Positions 43,238 through 44,815 of a DNA stretch of 44,815 nt are shown here, piece after piece. The DNA lies in assembly GCA_017558255.1 (NCBI GenBank), contig JAFYVX010000177.1:1-44815 (forward strand), given 5' to 3'. Within the stretch, counting starts at the first letter, position 1. Each line of letters begins with the position of its first letter. The notes beneath the pieces were generated by a model. It made no database searches, had not been told where the DNA came from, and saw only the letters and a list, made by a program, of their open reading frames with translations. The DNA is from Bacteroidaceae bacterium (GTDB taxonomy: Bacteria; Bacteroidota; Bacteroidia; Bacteroidales; Bacteroidaceae). The position numbers and the translations under genes were made by a program.

Positions 43238-44815
43238 ATGGATAAAAACACTATTACGGGCTTTGTGCTCATTGCACTTGTGCTGATTGGATTCAGCTGG
43301 TACAGTCGTCCTTCTGCCGAGGAAATCGCACAGATGCAGGAGACCGCCCGACAGGACAGCATCTTGCAGGCACAGCAGGCAGAGGCTGTAAAAAAGGCAG
43401 AGGAGCAAAAGGCTCTGGAACTGGCCATGAAGGCGCAGGACAGCACTGCTCTGTTCTTTGAAGCTCGCAATGCTCAGGGCGAGGAAGTGACCATTGGCAA
43501 TGGTCTGGTTAACATCACTTTGAACACTAAGGGTGGCAGCATCCAGAGTGCAAGCCTCACCCAGTACAAGAACCAGCAGAAGGAAGATGTGCAGCTCCTG
43601 CGCAAGGACTTGAACAACCTCAGTTATCAGTTGGTGGGCAAGGATGACAACATCGACACACGCGACTACACCTTCCAGGCTATCAATCGTACAGACAGCA
43701 CCGTGACCATGCGTCTGGGCAACGAGGCGTCACACCTCGACATCAACTACCATCTGGTAGCAAACAGCTATCTGGTGAAGATAAGCGTGCAGGCCACAGG
43801 AATGGGTTCTGTACTGCATCCCGGCACAGAGAGCATGATTATCAACTGGCAGGATGTAGCAGCCCAGCAGGAGAAGGGTTTCGACTTTGAGCAGCAGTTC
43901 TCTTCCTTGACCTACAAGGAGAAGAACGAGGATACCGACAACCTGTCAGAGTCGGGCGAGGAGAACGAGACCATGGAGAATCCTCTTGAGTGGGTGGCAT
44001 TCAAGAACCAGTTCTTCAGCTGCGTACTCATTGCTCCCGACCAGTTCGACAATGCAACCCTGAAAAGCAGTCCTTGCCAGAAGGGTTCAGGCGACCTGAA
44101 GAAGTACTCGGCACACATGAGCTGCGCATTCGACCCACGTGGTGCACAACCCACAGAGCTTAGTCTCTATCTTGGTCCCAACGATTTCCATATACTGAAG
44201 GATCATGACGACCTCATTGACTCTGGCAAAGACCTGGAGTTGGAGAACCTGGTATATCTGGGCTGGCCCTTGTTCCGCATCATCAACCGTTGGCTCATAC
44301 TTCCCTTGTTTGAATTCCTTTCTGGTTTCGGCATGAACATGGGTATTGTGCTGCTTCTGCTCACCCTCATTGTCAAGGCATTTGTCTACCCCACAACCAA
44401 GAAGAGCTACCTGAGCAGTGCCCGCATGCGTGTGCTTAAACCCAAGGTGGATGCTCTCAATGCCAAGTATCCCAAGCCCGAGGATGCAATGAAGAAGCAG
44501 ACAGAGATGATGCAGCTGTATCGCGAATATGGCGTAAGCCCCATGGGCGGCTGCTTGCCTATGCTCATTCAGATGCCCATCTGGATTGCCCTGTTCAACT
44601 TCGTTCCCAACGCCATTGCCCTGCGTGGCGAGAAGTTCCTTTGGGCAGACGACCTTTCTGCCTACGACGAACTCATCAGTTGGGATGCCGACCTGTGGCT
44701 CATTGGCGACCACCTGAGCATCTTCTGTGTATTGTTCTGCGCCACCAACATCATCAACACATGGATTTCCATGCGTCAGCAGAATGCACAGATGTCTGCC
44801 GAGCAGGCACAGCAG
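43238..44815 (+). CDS. yidC: Membrane protein insertase YidC (long Bacteroidetes form), 3' end outside the window
   Basis: Absent from the ORF track because it has no stop in the window, so I translated it by hand. It begins MDKNTITGFVLIALVLIGFSWYSRPS. Later segments are GMNMGIVLLLLTLIVKAFVYPTTKKSYLSSARMRVLKPKV and YREYGVSPMGGCLPMLIQMPIWIALFNF. The frame is open for 526 codons. Confidence 0.9.
   Translation, partial: MDKNTITGFVLIALVLIGFSWYSRPSAEEIAQMQETARQDSILQAQQAEAVKKAEEQKALELAMKAQDSTALFFEARNAQGEEVTIGNGLVNITLNTKGGSIQSASLTQYKNQQKEDVQLLRKDLNNLSYQLVGKDDNIDTRDYTFQAINRTDSTVTMRLGNEASHLDINYHLVANSYLVKISVQATGMGSVLHPGTESMIINWQDVAAQQEKGFDFEQQFSSLTYKEKNEDTDNLSESGEENETMENPLEWVAFKNQFFSCVLIAPDQFDNATLKSSPCQKGSGDLKKYSAHMSCAFDPRGAQPTELSLYLGPNDFHILKDHDDLIDSGKDLELENLVYLGWPLFRIINRWLILPLFEFLSGFGMNMGIVLLLLTLIVKAFVYPTTKKSYLSSARMRVLKPKVDALNAKYPKPEDAMKKQTEMMQLYREYGVSPMGGCLPMLIQMPIWIALFNFVPNAIALRGEKFLWADDLSAYDELISWDADLWLIGDHLSIFCVLFCATNIINTWISMRQQNAQMSAEQAQQ

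Noticed and set aside
44087-44713. 208-aa minus-strand ORF at the right edge.
   Set aside because: It is antisense to the yidC frame, which is unambiguous (CLPMLIQMPIWIALF and other motifs). The track lacks yidC only because that ORF has no stop in the window.
1-44815. Scan for CRISPR arrays, tRNA/rRNA genes, IS elements or terminal inverted repeats, and integrase or recombinase genes.
   Set aside because: I saw none of the following: regularly spaced direct repeats, tRNA T-arm (GGTTCGAATCC-like) signatures, transposase- or integrase-like ORFs, or invertible-segment inverted repeats flanking pglX.

Overview
This 44.8-kb window looks like a Bacteroidales-type (Prevotella/Bacteroides-like) chromosomal accessory region. 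The lineage call rests on TAnnTTTG -7 boxes in front of most operons, a DUF4248 / HU-like / 'smalltalk'-like micro-gene cluster, a BspA-type LRR protein and a long-form YidC.

The core of the window (12945-40934) is one same-strand array of 16 genes with junctions from a 4-nt overlap to a 58-nt gap.
- It contains a complete type 1 BREX system: brxA-brxB-brxC-pglX ... pglZ-brxL.
- The system is split between pglX and pglZ by an 11.2-kb AT-richer cassette. The cassette holds a PARIS-like ATPase + DUF4435/Toprim pair, a GNAT-TPR acetyltransferase, and a 2185-aa sacsin-type GHKL ATPase translationally coupled to a Upf1/DNA2-like SF1 helicase.
- Two nt after brxL comes a Zn-ribbon protein + Ser/Thr kinase + vWA (TerY-like) + PP2C phosphatase module (TerY-P-like).
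- The GHKL-giant/helicase pair is my best candidate for an undescribed system.
- BREX itself is compositionally mosaic. AT-rich patches cover the brxC 3' third, the central (presumed specificity) part of pglX, and the 5' 1.2 kb of pglZ.

The left 12.6 kb is also accessory. It carries a UG/Abi-class reverse transcriptase in a minus-strand gene string with a catalytically degenerate PBP-transpeptidase-like lipoprotein, a small secreted protein and a membrane protein. It also carries a TerB-like protein, a BspA-LRR protein and three unknown genes.

The right flank is core: engB, an outer-membrane beta-barrel protein and yidC (3' partial).

I saw no rRNA, tRNA, CRISPR array, transposase or integrase. 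All domain calls come from reading motifs by eye; no searches were run.
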